A stretch of 64,000 nucleotides of DNA from Mobula hypostoma (taxonomy: Eukaryota), in the NCBI RefSeq assembly GCF_963921235.1, contig NC_086097.1:224938001-225002000 (forward strand), in the 5' to 3' direction. The translations under genes were made by a program, and so were the position numbers. Within the stretch, counting starts at the first letter, position 1. Every line of letters begins with the position of its first letter. This document shows positions 1-11,989 of the stretch, piece after piece. The notes beneath the pieces are model-generated. The model ran no database searches, had not been told where the DNA came from, and saw only the letters and a program-made list of their open reading frames with translations.

Positions 1-1604
1 AACCAGGGGAGTGGCAGTTCAGGTGAAATAGCCAGATAGAAAGATATTTCTTCATGATGGTTGCTTTTGAACACCATTGGAGGAGTTGGGTGGAAAGGTG
101 GTTACCAGAGGTTGACCATCCAGTGCCTTGATATTGATCTTAATTCCTGAGTTGGAAGTCCCCATCTTTGAGCGAGTGAGATGTCCATAAGATTCCCAGC
201 TGCACCGGAGTCGATAGATGCCTTAAGTTCATGGGTCTGAGACCTCCACGACAAGGAAACTGCAGGCATTACAGAATTAGGGGAAGCTGACTGAAGAGAG
301 AACCGACCCGTCAGGATTCCCCTCCCTGCAGACGGGTTTTCTCTTTTACTGGACACCTGGAACATGCAGCCCGGAAGTGTCCTGGATCACCACAATAGGC
401 AGGAACCTGTTCTCCAGCGCCGCTCTCATTCCTCCTGAGACAGGCACTTGTGCCCCACTTGCATAGGCGCCTCCGTGTCTGTGGCCTGGGTGGTGAGGGG
501 TGGGGGGAGAGGGTGAGGAATGACGGTGATCAGATGAGGGAGGGGGAGAGGGCAAGGAAAGACAGTGATCTGGCGGCGAGTAGGAAGTTTGAAACATTCT
601 TTCCCTGCGCCACTCAGTCACCCGGTCGTCAACTTGAATGACCAGATTAATCAGGTCATTTAGACTATCCTGCTCGTCCTGGATAGCGATCCCACGCTGG
701 ACTCCTGTGTTCAGTCCATGCTGGAAGGTAGTGATGAGAGATCTGTCATTCCATCCCATCTCTACTGCAAGGGTATGGAATTTAAATGCATAGGCTCTCA
801 CCATTCCTCTGCCTTGGCACAGGTCGGTGGGCAGCCTCCTAACCCTGTACTGGAAGATCAAAAACCCTCAACTCCGCAATGAAATGTCGGAACGACTGGG
901 CTGCAGGTTATCCTTGCTTCTGTAAAATGTTGAACGGGCTGAGTGGAGATCCATCAAGAAGATTGACCATATATGCCAATTTTCGTGCATCATCACCAAA
1001 ATGACCAGGCTGGGCTTGGAATGTCAGCTCGCATTGGGTAATAAAATTCCTGCAGCCATCGAGATCACCAGAATATCTGCCTGGAGGTGGAATACTCAGT
1101 TCCTGTACAGACGCTAGTGTCTGTGAGGGTCTGAATGTGGGAGTCAGCTCTGGTCCGGGTGCGGGAGCAGGAGCATTAGTAGCAGAGATTGCCAGGGCAG
1201 CAGAGTAGGAGGACCTGCAAGATGCTGACTGTGGGCCTGAGGCTGCTGAATTGCATGGCGAGAACGTTAATGGATGTCAGCTGATGCTGGCTGTTCACAG
1301 TGAGTTTGTGGACGGTGGCCGTGAGAGTGGAAATCGCAGACACCTGAGTCCAATTGTCTGCGGTGAGCTGTTGAACAGTTGCAGCGGGGATCAATACCTG
1401 CTCTTCCAAGAGAGACTGGGCTTGTCGGCGTGAAATTATCTACCTCATTGCCTCCGTAACATCACTGAGAATAGATTCCATTGCCTGTAGCTTGCCTCCT
1501 ACCTGACCAATGAATCTCATGGCCAAAGTCAGCTTGTCTCTGTCTCTGTCTCTGTCTCTGTCTCTGTCTCTTCCACTCTCACCTTTGTGTTGGTCGAGAC
1601 TTGC
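1..1604 (-). mobile_element. Ty3/Gypsy (Tf1/sushi, PEG10/RTL1-like lineage) internal region: decayed gag and protease; continues past the left window edge
   Basis: The minus strand gives PPPGRYSGDLDGCRNFITQCELTF (~1015-1090), the gag core AYAFKFHTLAVEMGWNDRSLITTFQHGL (ORF 346-861), EAPMQVG, a frameshifted CxxC-GDPGHFRAAC zinc knuckle (~360-400) and protease IDSGAAGNLMD (ORF 102-365). Frameshifts and stops are present. Confidence 0.9.
1535..1570. repeat. (TGTCTC)6 microsatellite in the Gypsy leader/gag start
   Basis: Six exact hexamer copies read directly. Confidence 0.95.
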
Positions 1605-2030
1605 TGTCACCGGGTTTGGATATGGCCCATGCGGAGTGAGAGACACTGAAGTGGGTCGATAGTTCACAGACTTTAATGCGAACAGTGTTAAAAGGAAAAG
1701 AAAACAATAAATGCTAGGCCAAACTGGGCCGCTAACTAAACTTCTCAAAATGGAGAAATGAAGCTTACACTGCGGCTGAAAAAGAACAACTAAGATATAA
1801 AACAAATACCTCTAGTCTTCAGAGTCATTTGACTCGACAGTCCAATTTCTCAGGGAAGGCAGAATGCAAACAGGCAGTGAAGTCTTGCTGTGTCCTGTAC
1901 AAGTCTTGACAAGCACTATGATGACAAGTATGGAGTTAAATACTATCACAATGAAATAATTAGCTGACACGTGCATATTCACAAGCACAATTGCTGTATC
2001 TACTGTGCTGCCGAATCCGTGGATGTGACA
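1605..2030 (-). mobile_element. 5' LTR (426 bp) of the first Gypsy element
   Basis: TGTCAC...GTGACA termini. Minus-strand TATTTAA (1936-1942) and ATTAAA. A homologous copy lies at 43951-44375 in the opposite orientation. It sits directly upstream of gag. Confidence 0.88.
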
Positions 2031-2034
2031 AACT

Positions 2035-2650
2035 TACCTGAACACATTTGATTCCATCTAGTCCTTTTACAGTATGGGAGTCCCAGTCAGTATGTGGAAA
2101 GTTAAAATTACCTACTGTCACAACCTTGTTTCTTTCACAGTCTGCAATCTCTACAAATTTGCTCCTCTAAATCCCTTGGACGTTGGGAGGTGTATAATAA
2201 CGTGGGCCATACATTTCTTATTCGGTTCTACCCATAAAGTTTCACAAGACGAGCTGCATTCTGTCATGTCTAAGCTCTGCTGTGGTATTTTCCCTGACTA
2301 GTAATGTGAACCCTCATGCTCTATCACATCTAAGAAAACAGAACCCCAGAATACTGAGCTGCCAGTCCTGTCCCTCAGGCAACTAAGTCTCACTAATAGC
2401 TACACTATCATAATTCCATGTGCAGACCATACTCTAAGGCCATCTGCCTTTCCTACAAAATTCTTTGCATTGAAATATATGCAGCTGAGGACATTAGTTC
2501 CTCTGCACCCCCCTCCCCACCCCCATGCTCGATGCTTTGATTCCTGACTTTGTATGTAGGCATCATTCCCTACATACTCCACCATCTGTACTGGCATTCT
2601 CTTCCCATCCCCTACAACTCTAGTTTAAAAACCCCTTCCTGCAACACTAG
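2035..2650 (-). mobile_element. Old CR1 LINE fragment (ORF1/ORF2 junction and endonuclease)
   Basis: The reverse complement of ~2080-2115 resembles the VGDFNFPHIDW motif; heavily degraded. Confidence 0.55.
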
Positions 2651-2659
2651 CAACACCGA

Positions 2660-4026
2660 AGCGCATACTCTTGGGTTCAGGATGCTCTCCCTAACTGCAT
2701 AGGCTCTGTAGGCATTGACAATGAGGGTGCTGCAGCCTGAAATAGCTCTGTGAATGGAACTGGGGTTCTGGCTAATGACCTAGAGGGTTGTTCCATAAGA
2801 TGCTTGTCATTTTTGAGGGCCAGAGTGATGTGGCTTTGGAGGTTGGCGGGCATCTCCCAGGTAGACAGCACACCTTTTCAAGCAATCCAAGAGCCCCTGA
2901 TGGTAATGAGTCAGTAGAACTTCAGCATTCCAGCAACATGCCACCTGAATTTCACAGCATAATCCAGCACCGAATGTAAGACTTGACGCAGGCAAAGTAT
3001 CTGATCTGTTACCCTGCCTTCCACTTCCTGGTTTGCTGAAAATCCAGCACATCTCAGCTGTGAAATCATCATTTTGTTGTAAATGGGGGCTTTATTGTCC
3101 CAGTTAATAGCAGCCCAGGTCAGAATTCACCCAATCAAGGGAGCAATGACGAAAGCAATCTGAGCTCGGTCCATAATGTACAGAAACGGCTGGAGCTCAA
3201 AGTGTAAGACTCGGAAGGAGGAGAGAGAAGCAGCGTGCTCCGGTGAAAAATGATATCGTACCTGTTAAATAGGGGCTGTGGACATTTGATGGAGATGGCG
3301 TGAAAGCACAGAGGAACATCTGGGAAAATTTCTGAAATGCTCATTCACTGCTGTCGTTACTGTGCGGTCGGGAATCTGGAGGAGGGAAGGCCTCAAAATC
3401 CCCAGCTTTGCCTGCTGTTGGCGACCGAGACAGAGGTTGAATCGTTCGGATAGAGATGGCACTCAGTACTCGGTGTTGGAGAGCTGATCAGAGCTCAAAG
3501 TTTTTGGATGACTCGGAGTCGGACGGTGGTTGGGTATGGCAGGGAGAGTTTTTCTTCCTTCTCCCGCTGCGTGAGATCATGGGACTTTCCAGAGACTTTG
3601 AGTTTTTTTTTACCGTGCCCATGGCCTTTTCTTCATCAAGTTACGGTATTTCTTGCACTGTTGTAACTATATGTTATAATCATGTGGTTTTTGTCAGTTT
3701 TTCAGTTCTGGTCTGTCGTGTGTTTCTGTGATATCACACCGGAAGAACATTGTATCATTTCTTAATGCATGCATTACTAAATGACAGTAAAAGAGGACTG
3801 CATGTCTTCATAATCTAAAAAAAAGTTGCAACATCCAGTTGCAGATCTGTCAAAGCATTCAGGCACCAGGAGTTGGCGCACTGTTACTGTATCGAGACAG
3901 AGTGGGTTGAGGGTGGTGAGCAGATGGTCAGTAGTTCCATATTACTTCTGGATTGTGTGTTCATGTTAACGGATATCTTCGTTTAGGCAAGTGAACTCTG
4001 CTGGGTCAATCGCTGCTCGCTCATCC
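2660..4026 (-). mobile_element. Second Tf1/sushi-type Gypsy gag remnant, interrupted by a non-coding retroelement at 3213-3824
   Basis: Minus strand: (M)DPAE start at ~3995-4010, LVPECFDRSATGCCNF, SLHFELQP..DRAQIAFVIA..LTWA, RQGNRS, WNAEVLLTHYHQGL and PTEPMQLGRA. Confidence 0.82.
3213..3824 (+). mobile_element. Non-coding retroelement family A, copy 1
   Basis: Homologous to 25896-26566 and 40294-43890; GA-rich head; ends ...CATAATCT plus an A-tail; splits a Gypsy gag motif. Confidence 0.8.
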
Positions 4027-4314
4027 TGTCATGAAATGCAGAGGAGGCTTGACTGAAACAGAGAGCAGCGGAGATAATTTAGCAGTGAACAATAATTTTA
4101 ATAATAAACTGCAGAATAACAAGCCACAAGAGACCACAAAAGAAGAGAGAGAACAGATACTTGATAAGGTAACAAGGTTAGGAACAAGTGGTTCAGGCTG
4201 GTTGGTTTGTATGAGTGAACAAGAATCATGGATGAAAGCTGGGTTTAAATAGGCTGCTGGTGACTTCTGTAGCTGGGTGGAGACTGGGAGGCGTCTGCAT
4301 GTGCAGGCTTGACA
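4027..4314 (-). mobile_element. 5' LTR (288 bp) of the second Gypsy element
   Basis: TGTCA...TGACA termini, minus-strand TATTTAAA (4244-4251), directly upstream of the DPAE gag start. Confidence 0.75.
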
Positions 4315-4349
4315 AAAGGAAGAGCTATCATCTTGTCTTGCCTCACCAT

Positions 4350-4550
4350 ATTCAGTGTGGGTACCTGGAATGTCCTGCCTAGGGTGGTAGTAGAGGTGCA
4401 TGAGAGACTTCTAAGAGATATTTTGATAGGCACATGAATGTGAAGAAAATGTATGCATAAGGGATTAATTTAGTTGGTCATTTGGTTACTAATTTTATTT
4501 AGTGCAGCACAACATTGTGGGCCGTAGAACTTGTTCTTGTGGTGTTCTAT
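4350..4550 (+). mobile_element. CR1 3' end fragment
   Basis: Resembles the 3' ends of other CR1 copies here (ACAACATTGTGGGCC...GTTCTAT). Confidence 0.6.
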
Positions 4551-5209
4551 CGTCTATTACACTTACAGCAAATCTTTCTGATGGAGGAACCACACTAAAC
4601 TCACTCCTCCTGTTTCTTTCCTGTAGCATTTTTCCCTTTTATAATTTATCCTGTTTCTCTTTTTCTTTGATGGTTATTGTCAAATTTATTTCCAGCATGC
4701 TCTCAGGAAAGTTAATTGTTCAATTAGGAGAACAAAGCATATTAAGCAGGACTTGTCAAACTTGAACAAAACCTGTGCTGTGCTCACCAGGAGAGCTCTC
4801 TGAGCTGTGTTTCACACAACACTGAGGTTAATGCCAATCACAGGAATGACAGTGTATGCAGAAAATAGTAAACACTATCGAACTCAGCAGAAAGTTCTTA
4901 GGGGAAATTTTAATCCTGCTTATTTGATAAAGCTCAGGCAAGACAGGAAGTGTGTTAAAGTATTTAGGCAGAGTTGGCTAATGCTTTGAGTAATGGCATT
5001 TGAGAGGAGCTTGGTTTAGGGATCGGCCAGGAGGATTGCAGAGGTTCTTTCACAAGTATGCTGAAGGAAGTTAACCACCTCCATTCCAAGGCACATAATG
5101 CATCACCTTTGAACATTACAATGAATGGATATTTGGGAATATTAGCTTTTACTGCTGCTGCTGTGTCACTACAGAATCTTGCTGAAGGCATGATGGAAAC
5201 TATTAATAG

Positions 5210-5405
5210 TAACACACAAAATGCTGGTGTGAGTCACACAAAGTGACTCAGCAGATCAGGCAGCATCTATGGAGGAGAATAAACAGTCGATGTTTCAGTC
5301 TTCATCAGGACTGGAAAAGGGGGAAGAAGCTGGAATGAAGAAGGTGGGGAGTTGGGGAAGGAGTACAAGCTGGCCGGTAATGGGTGAAGTCAGAAGAGAG
5401 GGGAA
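5210..5405 (-). mobile_element. Penelope terminal (pLTR) fragment
   Basis: Reverse complement matches the Penelope ends at 31150-31280 and 45280-45378; includes CTGATGA..GAAA. Confidence 0.7.
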
Positions 5406-6009
5406 CCATTAATGTGCTTTCTCCCATATTTTCACATTACCCTAGTAGCAGAACAGAAGCAGCATTGAGGAAATTCATAGCCAGTGATGTTAGAGAAAAG
5501 AATTATTTTAATCTAATCTTAAAAATAAACTAGGATTCAATTAACCTACCAGTCCAGGATGTACTCTTTCCTGGATAATAGCCACTGTGGAAATGGGAAC
5601 ACACCCAGGACAGCTGATTTGGTGTCACTTTTAAACTCGTGTTGCCCATTTCTGGATCTTCTGCTGGTGATTGGCAAGCGATGACTGAATTGGGCTTCGT
5701 TGTAAAATTACCTCTCCTCATCAACCCTGACAGTGGAAAAACTGGCCAGTCTAATGTAGAAACACTTAATTGTTGCCAGCAAGTAACCAAACACCAGCTT
5801 CATAGATATGATCAGAGTTAAGTTTTTTAAAAAAGTGCAGAAGTATGAAAGAAGAATATGAAAAAGTTGTAAGATTCTACAGAATTAATTATATTTATTG
5901 AAAAATGTTTCTTAAAGGTAAATCTGTAATTGCAAACCATTGGTTCTGGGTCTGCTTTTCCACTTTTGCAACATACTGATATAAGAAATCATAAATGACT
6001 TTTTTCAAT

Positions 6010-7716
6010 GTTACTAAATTCAAGGTGGGAAACAATGATGGTCTGCAATAATAAAATCCCTCCTACTTAAAATCCCCAACTTTGTTATCAACCTTTTTTC
6101 CTAAATTTATTCAAATCTCCAAAACTTGTTTTGTAATCTGTCTTCACTCAGTTTACATAGGTTAATTTTCCAAATGTGTGCTCTTGGCGGGAAGCCTCAC
6201 CTGCTGTAATTTCCGATATGTGCTCTCAGTGGGTGAGGCTCTTTGTTGGAAGGTTGAAGTCAGCCAATGACCCTGCCAAAGAAATCTCATTGCTGATAAT
6301 GCTGTATTCATTTGCACAGTTTTTACTCCTGTGGTTTATTTGCAGAATTTTCTTGTTTTCCTGCCAGCGTCTCCGGGACAACAGAGACAAAACCAAATGG
6401 ACATCCATTGTTAAAGTACTGCTTGAAAGAATAATGCTTTTTTTTTTGGGCGTGGAGGAGGTTGCATGGCAGTATCATGAATGCTCTATTTCTCCTTTTC
6501 GACATAGATGAGAAGGGATACAGTATGTTTGCTCAATAGTTTCTCATTGGGACCTGTTCACCATTGCAAGCGTGGTATTAATTGGCCACCATCAGGAGCC
6601 CCGCATTGTCACTGAATTAAGGAAACTGACTGATTTAATTCATCATGTGGAAGCAGCTTAGGTGTGGCACTGTTATCACTTTAGCACTGCTCTGGGTGGG
6701 GACATTCAATTTCTTTCCTTCACACGTAGTTTTAACAACTAGAGTCTGGCGTTGATGTCCTGATTTAAAAGATAAGTGAATTCCAATTTTCAATTGACCA
6801 AATTAGGACTTAAACTCCCATTCTGGGATTACTATTCCAGGGCTATAACCAGAAAGCTCCATGATAATATCTGTGACTTCTGGGTGGCAACTATACCTCA
6901 GGCTTATGTATTTATGAAGTCATCCTTCTGTAGAAACGTGAGCAAAAGAAGTCCAAGAAGCACCTCCAGTGGCCACACTGTTGAACTATATAAAAACATA
7001 GAACATAGAATAGTACAGCACAGTACAGGCCCTTTGGCCCACAATGTTGTGCCGATGCTCAAATCCTGCCTCCTATATAAGCCCCCCCCCATTTAATTCC
7101 TCCATATACCTGTCTAGTAGTCTCTTAAACTTCACTAGTCTATCTGCCTCCACTACTGACTCAGGCAGTGCATTCCACACACCAACCACTCTGAGTATAT
7201 AAAAAAAAACAACCTTCCTCTAATATCCCCCTTGAACTTCCCACCTCTTACCTTAAAGCCATATCCTCTTGTATTGAGCAGTGCTGCCCTGGGGAAGAGG
7301 CGCTGGCTATCCACTCTTTCTATTCCTCTTATTATCTTGTACACTTCTATCATGTCTCCTCTCATCCTCCTTCTCTCCAAAGAGTAAAGCCCTAGCTCCC
7401 TTAATCTCTGATCATAATGCATACTCTCTAAACCAGGCAGCATCCTGGTAAATCTCCTCTGTACCCTTTCCAATGCTTCCACATCCTTCCTGAAATATTT
7501 TTCTGTGACCCAATCCACTAGCCCAGGTGAATGTAAATGATCATATGGCACTCTTTCAAAGCTCTCCCAATCTCACTACAAAGCCATGGCTACAAGTTTT
7601 GGAGATTTGAATAAATTTAGAGAAAAAAATAAAGTTGATAATGAAGTTCGGGATTTTAAGTAGGAGGGATTTTATTATTGCAGACCATCATTGTTTCCCC
7701 CCTTTAATTTAGTAAC
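6010..7716. repeat. ~120-bp inverted repeat pair (6010-6129 and 7592-7716), possibly the TIRs of a non-autonomous DNA transposon
   Basis: GGGAAACAATGATGGTCTGCAATAATAAAATCCCTCCTACTTAAAATCCC and CTAAATTTATTCAAATCTCCAAAACTTGT recur as exact reverse complements. Confidence 0.85.
6995..7491 (-). mobile_element. CR1 LINE 3' fragment
   Basis: RKDVEALERVQRRFTRMLPGLE...LGLYSLERRRMRGDMIE; (TTCTATG)n tail; near-identical to 11990-12925. Confidence 0.93.
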
Positions 7717-8235
7717 TCTGAGAAAAGCAGTGACAGCTCCCTATCTTGCCCAAAATGTTGCTGTCCAAGCAAAAATTTATCAATCAGTGAGCATCATTAA
7801 AATGAGATTGTGATCATTGTCATCTAACCGTTGGAGGCAAATGATGATGGTACATGCAGTCCTTTGCAACGTTGTGTGATTATGGAAGACACAAGCATCT
7901 TGCTATTTTCCTCACAGAATTTCCTTCCCCTACATCTACTGTTTGTAAATGCTGGATATATTACTTTTGGTTATTTGTATCCTCTCTCTTTGCTGATGCC
8001 ATTGCTTTCTCTCCTGTAATCCCCACCTACTTTTAACATATGCATATTTTACCTCAGTAATGTAAAATATTTAAGCTGCGTGACCTGGAAATTCAATGCT
8101 ACAGTCTCTTTCTGCCAATCAGGAGGGTAGCTCGCAGATGTTAAGCAGAATGAACCTTTTGTCTGAAAAGTGGGAGTATGGAGTTTTTATGTCAGTGTCA
8201 CATGATTGAAAATCTACTGACTTCATGTGAAAAGC

Positions 8236-10085
8236 AAAACAAAAAATTGCACATGCTGTAAGTGTGAAGTTGTATATACTGATATATAATATATACCTCC
8301 AGCTCCTCCCACTTCCTTCAAATAAAGGGTGTAGCCATGGGAACTCACATGCATGCCTCCCAAAGTTGATGTAGATGCACTGGTTTACTTGAGGAACAGA
8401 CCATTAGGCCGTATAAGATCCAGAATGCTTGGAACTCAACTGTCTACTGGGTGGTAGAGGTACTGGGCAACACGTACACGGTGGGCCTAGCAAGAGGGTG
8501 AACAGGGTAGACATCAGGCCCTGTGAGAACCACCCCACTCCAGCTACCCGAAGGAGACTGCAAACTCCAGTAACTCAGGCCAGCTCACCTCTGGGGCATG
8601 AATCAGATTCTGAGGGTTCAGAGAATGGTGTGATAGTGGTAGAAGACATGTCAGAACAGGGGGTACGGAGTCCTGACCCTAGAGTAGACAGCATATCTTC
8701 CGAAAATATGACACCTTCTGGAACTGAGATGGGGGAGCCGACGACGGCTAATGCCGGGGCAGAGGCGTTTTTGTCAGCTACATGACAACATGTCTGTGTT
8801 CCAAGCCTACACTGTATCACTCTCAACTCTTCCTACGCTACATCAACAACTGCACTGATGCTTCCTGCACCTACGTGAAGCCCGTCGACTTCATCAACTT
8901 TGCCTCCAACTTCCACCCTGCCCTCAAATTTACCTGGTCCATTTCTGACATCTCCCTCCCTTTTCTCAATCTCTTTGTCTCTCTCTGGAGACAGCTTATC
9001 TACTGCTGTCTATTATAACCCATGGACTCTAACAGTGACCTGGATTGTTACTTATAAAAATGCCATCCCCTTCTCCCAATTCCTCCGTCCCCACCTCATC
9101 TGCTCTCAGGATGAGGTTTTTCATTCCAGAACTTAAGAGATGCCCTCCTTCAAAGAAAGGGGCTTCCCTTCCTCCACCATCAATGCTGCCCTCAAACACA
9201 TCTCTTCCATTCTGTGCACATCTGACCTCACCCCAAGCTTCAACCATCCCACCAAGGATAACGTTCCTCTGGTCCTCACCTACCACCCCACTGGCCTCCG
9301 CATCCAGCACATAATTCCCCGTAACTTCTGCCATCTCCTTGGGATCCCACCACCAAGCACATCTTTCCCTCTCCCTCGCCCCCCCACCCCACATTCTGCT
9401 TTCCACAGGGATCACTCTCGACATGACTCCTTTGTCTATTCATCCCTCCTTGCAAGTGGAACAAGTGCCAGGCTTGCCCCTACACCACCTCCATCACTAC
9501 CATTCAGGGCCCCAAACAGTCCTTCCAAGTTGAGGCAAAGCCTCACCTGTGAATCTGTTGAGGTCATCTACTGTATCCAGTGCTTCTGGTGTGGCCTCCT
9601 GTATATCGGTGAGATCCGATGTCAGTTGTGAGACCACTTCGCTGAGCACCTACTTTCTGTCTGCCAGAAGAAGCAAAATTTCCCAGAAGGCACCCACTTT
9701 AATTCCACTTCCCACTTCTATTCTGACTTCTCAGTCCATAGCCACCTCTACTGTCGTGATGAGTCCACACTCAGGTTGGAGGAGCAACATATTCCATTTG
9801 GGTAGCCTCCAACCTGATGGCATGAATATCAATTTCCCCTACTTCTAGTACTGTCCCCCTTCACCATTCCCCATTCCCATCTCCTTCTCTCACCTTACCT
9901 CTTTATCTGCCCATCACCTCCTTCCGGTGCTTCTCCCCTTCCCCTTTCTTCCATGGCCTTCTGTCCTCCCGCTCTTCAGCCCTGTATCTCTTTCACCAAT
10001 CAACTTCCAACTCTTTACTCCACCTCCTCCCCCCTCCCAGTTTCACCTATCACCTTGTATTTCGTCCTCCCTTCCCTCCACCAGA
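8236..10085 (+). mobile_element. Degraded Penelope-like element (RT and GIY-YIG remnants)
   Basis: HFLQIKGVAMGTHM (~8310-8350), FLRYINN, FHPALKFTWS, VPLVLTYHP, IYCIQCFWCGLLYIGE, pyrimidine-rich tail; homologous to 28428-31280. Confidence 0.88.
8359..8764 (+). mobile_element. Gypsy pol C-terminal fragment inserted inside the Penelope RT
   Basis: Across frameshifts it reads LVYLRNRPLGR / KIQNAWNSTVYWVVEV..TYTV / GPSKRVNRVDIRPC, typical of the Gypsy post-integrase region. Penelope sequence resumes at ~8765. Confidence 0.6.
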
Positions 10086-10179
10086 ATTTTTTTTTTTTAT
10101 TTTTATATATAGAATTCTGGAAGTACTCAGCAGGTCAGGCAGTATCTGTGGAAAGTGAAGCAGTGATTTTTCACTTTGA

Positions 10180-11000
10180 CTCTTCACCCATCCCAACATC
10201 AATCGCTCCATGAAGTACACCAAGGCCTATGTCTTGCCCTATCCCCTCAACCCTCTAACCACTCAGTTTGCTTCTGTGCCTGGCCAACGTGATGATCCTG
10301 GGTCCAGGTGGCAGGCACTTGAGGATTCATCCCAAGCTGATTTCTTGCCCCTCTTCCAGGGTTGCAGTCATGCCTGTGTGGCCCCGAAGAAGTTTCACAT
10401 GGTGTCGACGGGGAATTTACAGCCCTGGTGGGTGCCTCAGTGACTTGAGTGCATTCTGGATATGGATTCTGCCAGATGGTTTGGACTGTTTGCTCAGGAA
10501 ACAGACCCACAGCTTCCATAGTGTCCCTGTCCTGCAGTACCTGCTGTACATTTCTTGCTGACCACTGCTTAATGGGCTTGTAGTTAAAATGTTTACTTGA
10601 AAGAACTCCTCCACGAATGTCCAGCTGACTGGAACATGGTGCAGTAATAGGACCAGGTCTATCTTCTGCAACACTGGGGCCTGGAAGACTTTAGCACATA
10701 GTGATGGTTGGTGTTCACATACGTTTGGTCCACACACTACCTATTACAGCCACACACAAAGGTGATCATCAGCCCGAGGGCAACATTCAGCACACTTTTG
10801 GTCTTGTTCTCTGAGGACTTGTGCAATGTGACCAAATGGACTTGCTCCATCTTGGACCCCCAGTGAACTGGAATACATCCCAGGTGATTGCCAAGGTGGA
10901 GGAGTGGGGAAATAGCCACAACTGCACCAAGTACAGTAGCCCCAAGGGCATATCACTGCTGAAAACCAAACTGTTCCCAATAATTGACAGGACCTTATAG
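10180..11000 (-). mobile_element. Tx1/L1-clade LINE ORF2 3' fragment
   Basis: Minus-strand pieces WGSKMEQV, NVALGLMITFVCGC and AVGLFPEQTVQTIWQN resemble Tx1 ORF2 downstream of the RT. Confidence 0.65.
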
Positions 11001-11989
11001 TTCACTTTCTATAGTGAAATGATTCTCAAGGTGTTTCCTGTTAAGGTACAGCCCCAGACCGAATTTCAAAGAAGACTTTTTAAATAGCATTGTAGTGGCA
11101 ATAGCCACCTCTGAGCTCACTGAAGGTTTCTGATAGGGAAATTAACATGGAACAGTAATTCTGCTGATCTGTCTGGACACAATTACTCAGTTGACTTAAA
11201 TGCCCTTGGCTTACCTTCAATTGGCATGTATCAAGTGAAAACCATTGCAAATGTTTCCCAGAAAGGAACTATTCATCAATAGCCAACCAAGACCATCAGA
11301 CCATCAGTACAATGTGTATGATGTTCAGCTCAATGACAAAACTAAGCTGTTGATTTTAAGTTTCAAACACCATGTTTCACGGTTGTGCAGTTAAAAACAG
11401 AGTAGTTTCTTTGATGATCAATTCTATTGTTGTCAACATCATTTCTGGGGAAGTTCCAATGTCCTGCACCTGTGATTGTGCCAATCACAGCAGAATCTGA
11501 GCAGTAATCAGATTCAAGAATTCTCACAGTGCTTGTTGAATGGGTGAAGCGTTTTATTAATAACTTGTTGATCATTACATGGTATGCCAAAATTAAATTG
11601 AAACATATATTAACTAAGATGATCAGATATTTAACTAACATCAAATATTGTCAATAAATATTTTAGAAAATTCTTTCTCAAAATTCCTTAAATTTCCTTA
11701 AGATGAACTATGATCTACAAACACATAGACATCTACAACCCATTGAAAACTCTCTTTAACTTTGCTCTTTGGAGTACTTTACGGTTGGATTACTTCTTCC
11801 TCTGGAGATGTCGTGGGCTTATCAACGAAATGTCAAAGAAGGAGGGTGCCCACCTGATGACCCTGATGATGTACCTACCCTCCCTCCTTGTCACCACTCC
11901 AAACCCACTGCCAACATCGAGAATGCCAATTTACCATAGGGATTGAAACATCAAGTCCTAGTCACCCTACTATGTAATTTCAAGTGATT

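Noticed and set aside
1..1604. Domesticated PEG10/RTL1-like host gene
   Set aside because: Multiple frameshifts and stops, with an attached LTR, indicate a decayed retrotransposon.
1440..1805. ORF with an RD repeat suggesting an RNA-binding protein
   Set aside because: It is the translation of a hexamer microsatellite and LTR sequence.
11010..11950. Possible pseudogene or mariner remnant (LDYFFLW)
   Set aside because: No supporting motifs in any frame; I could not assign it.
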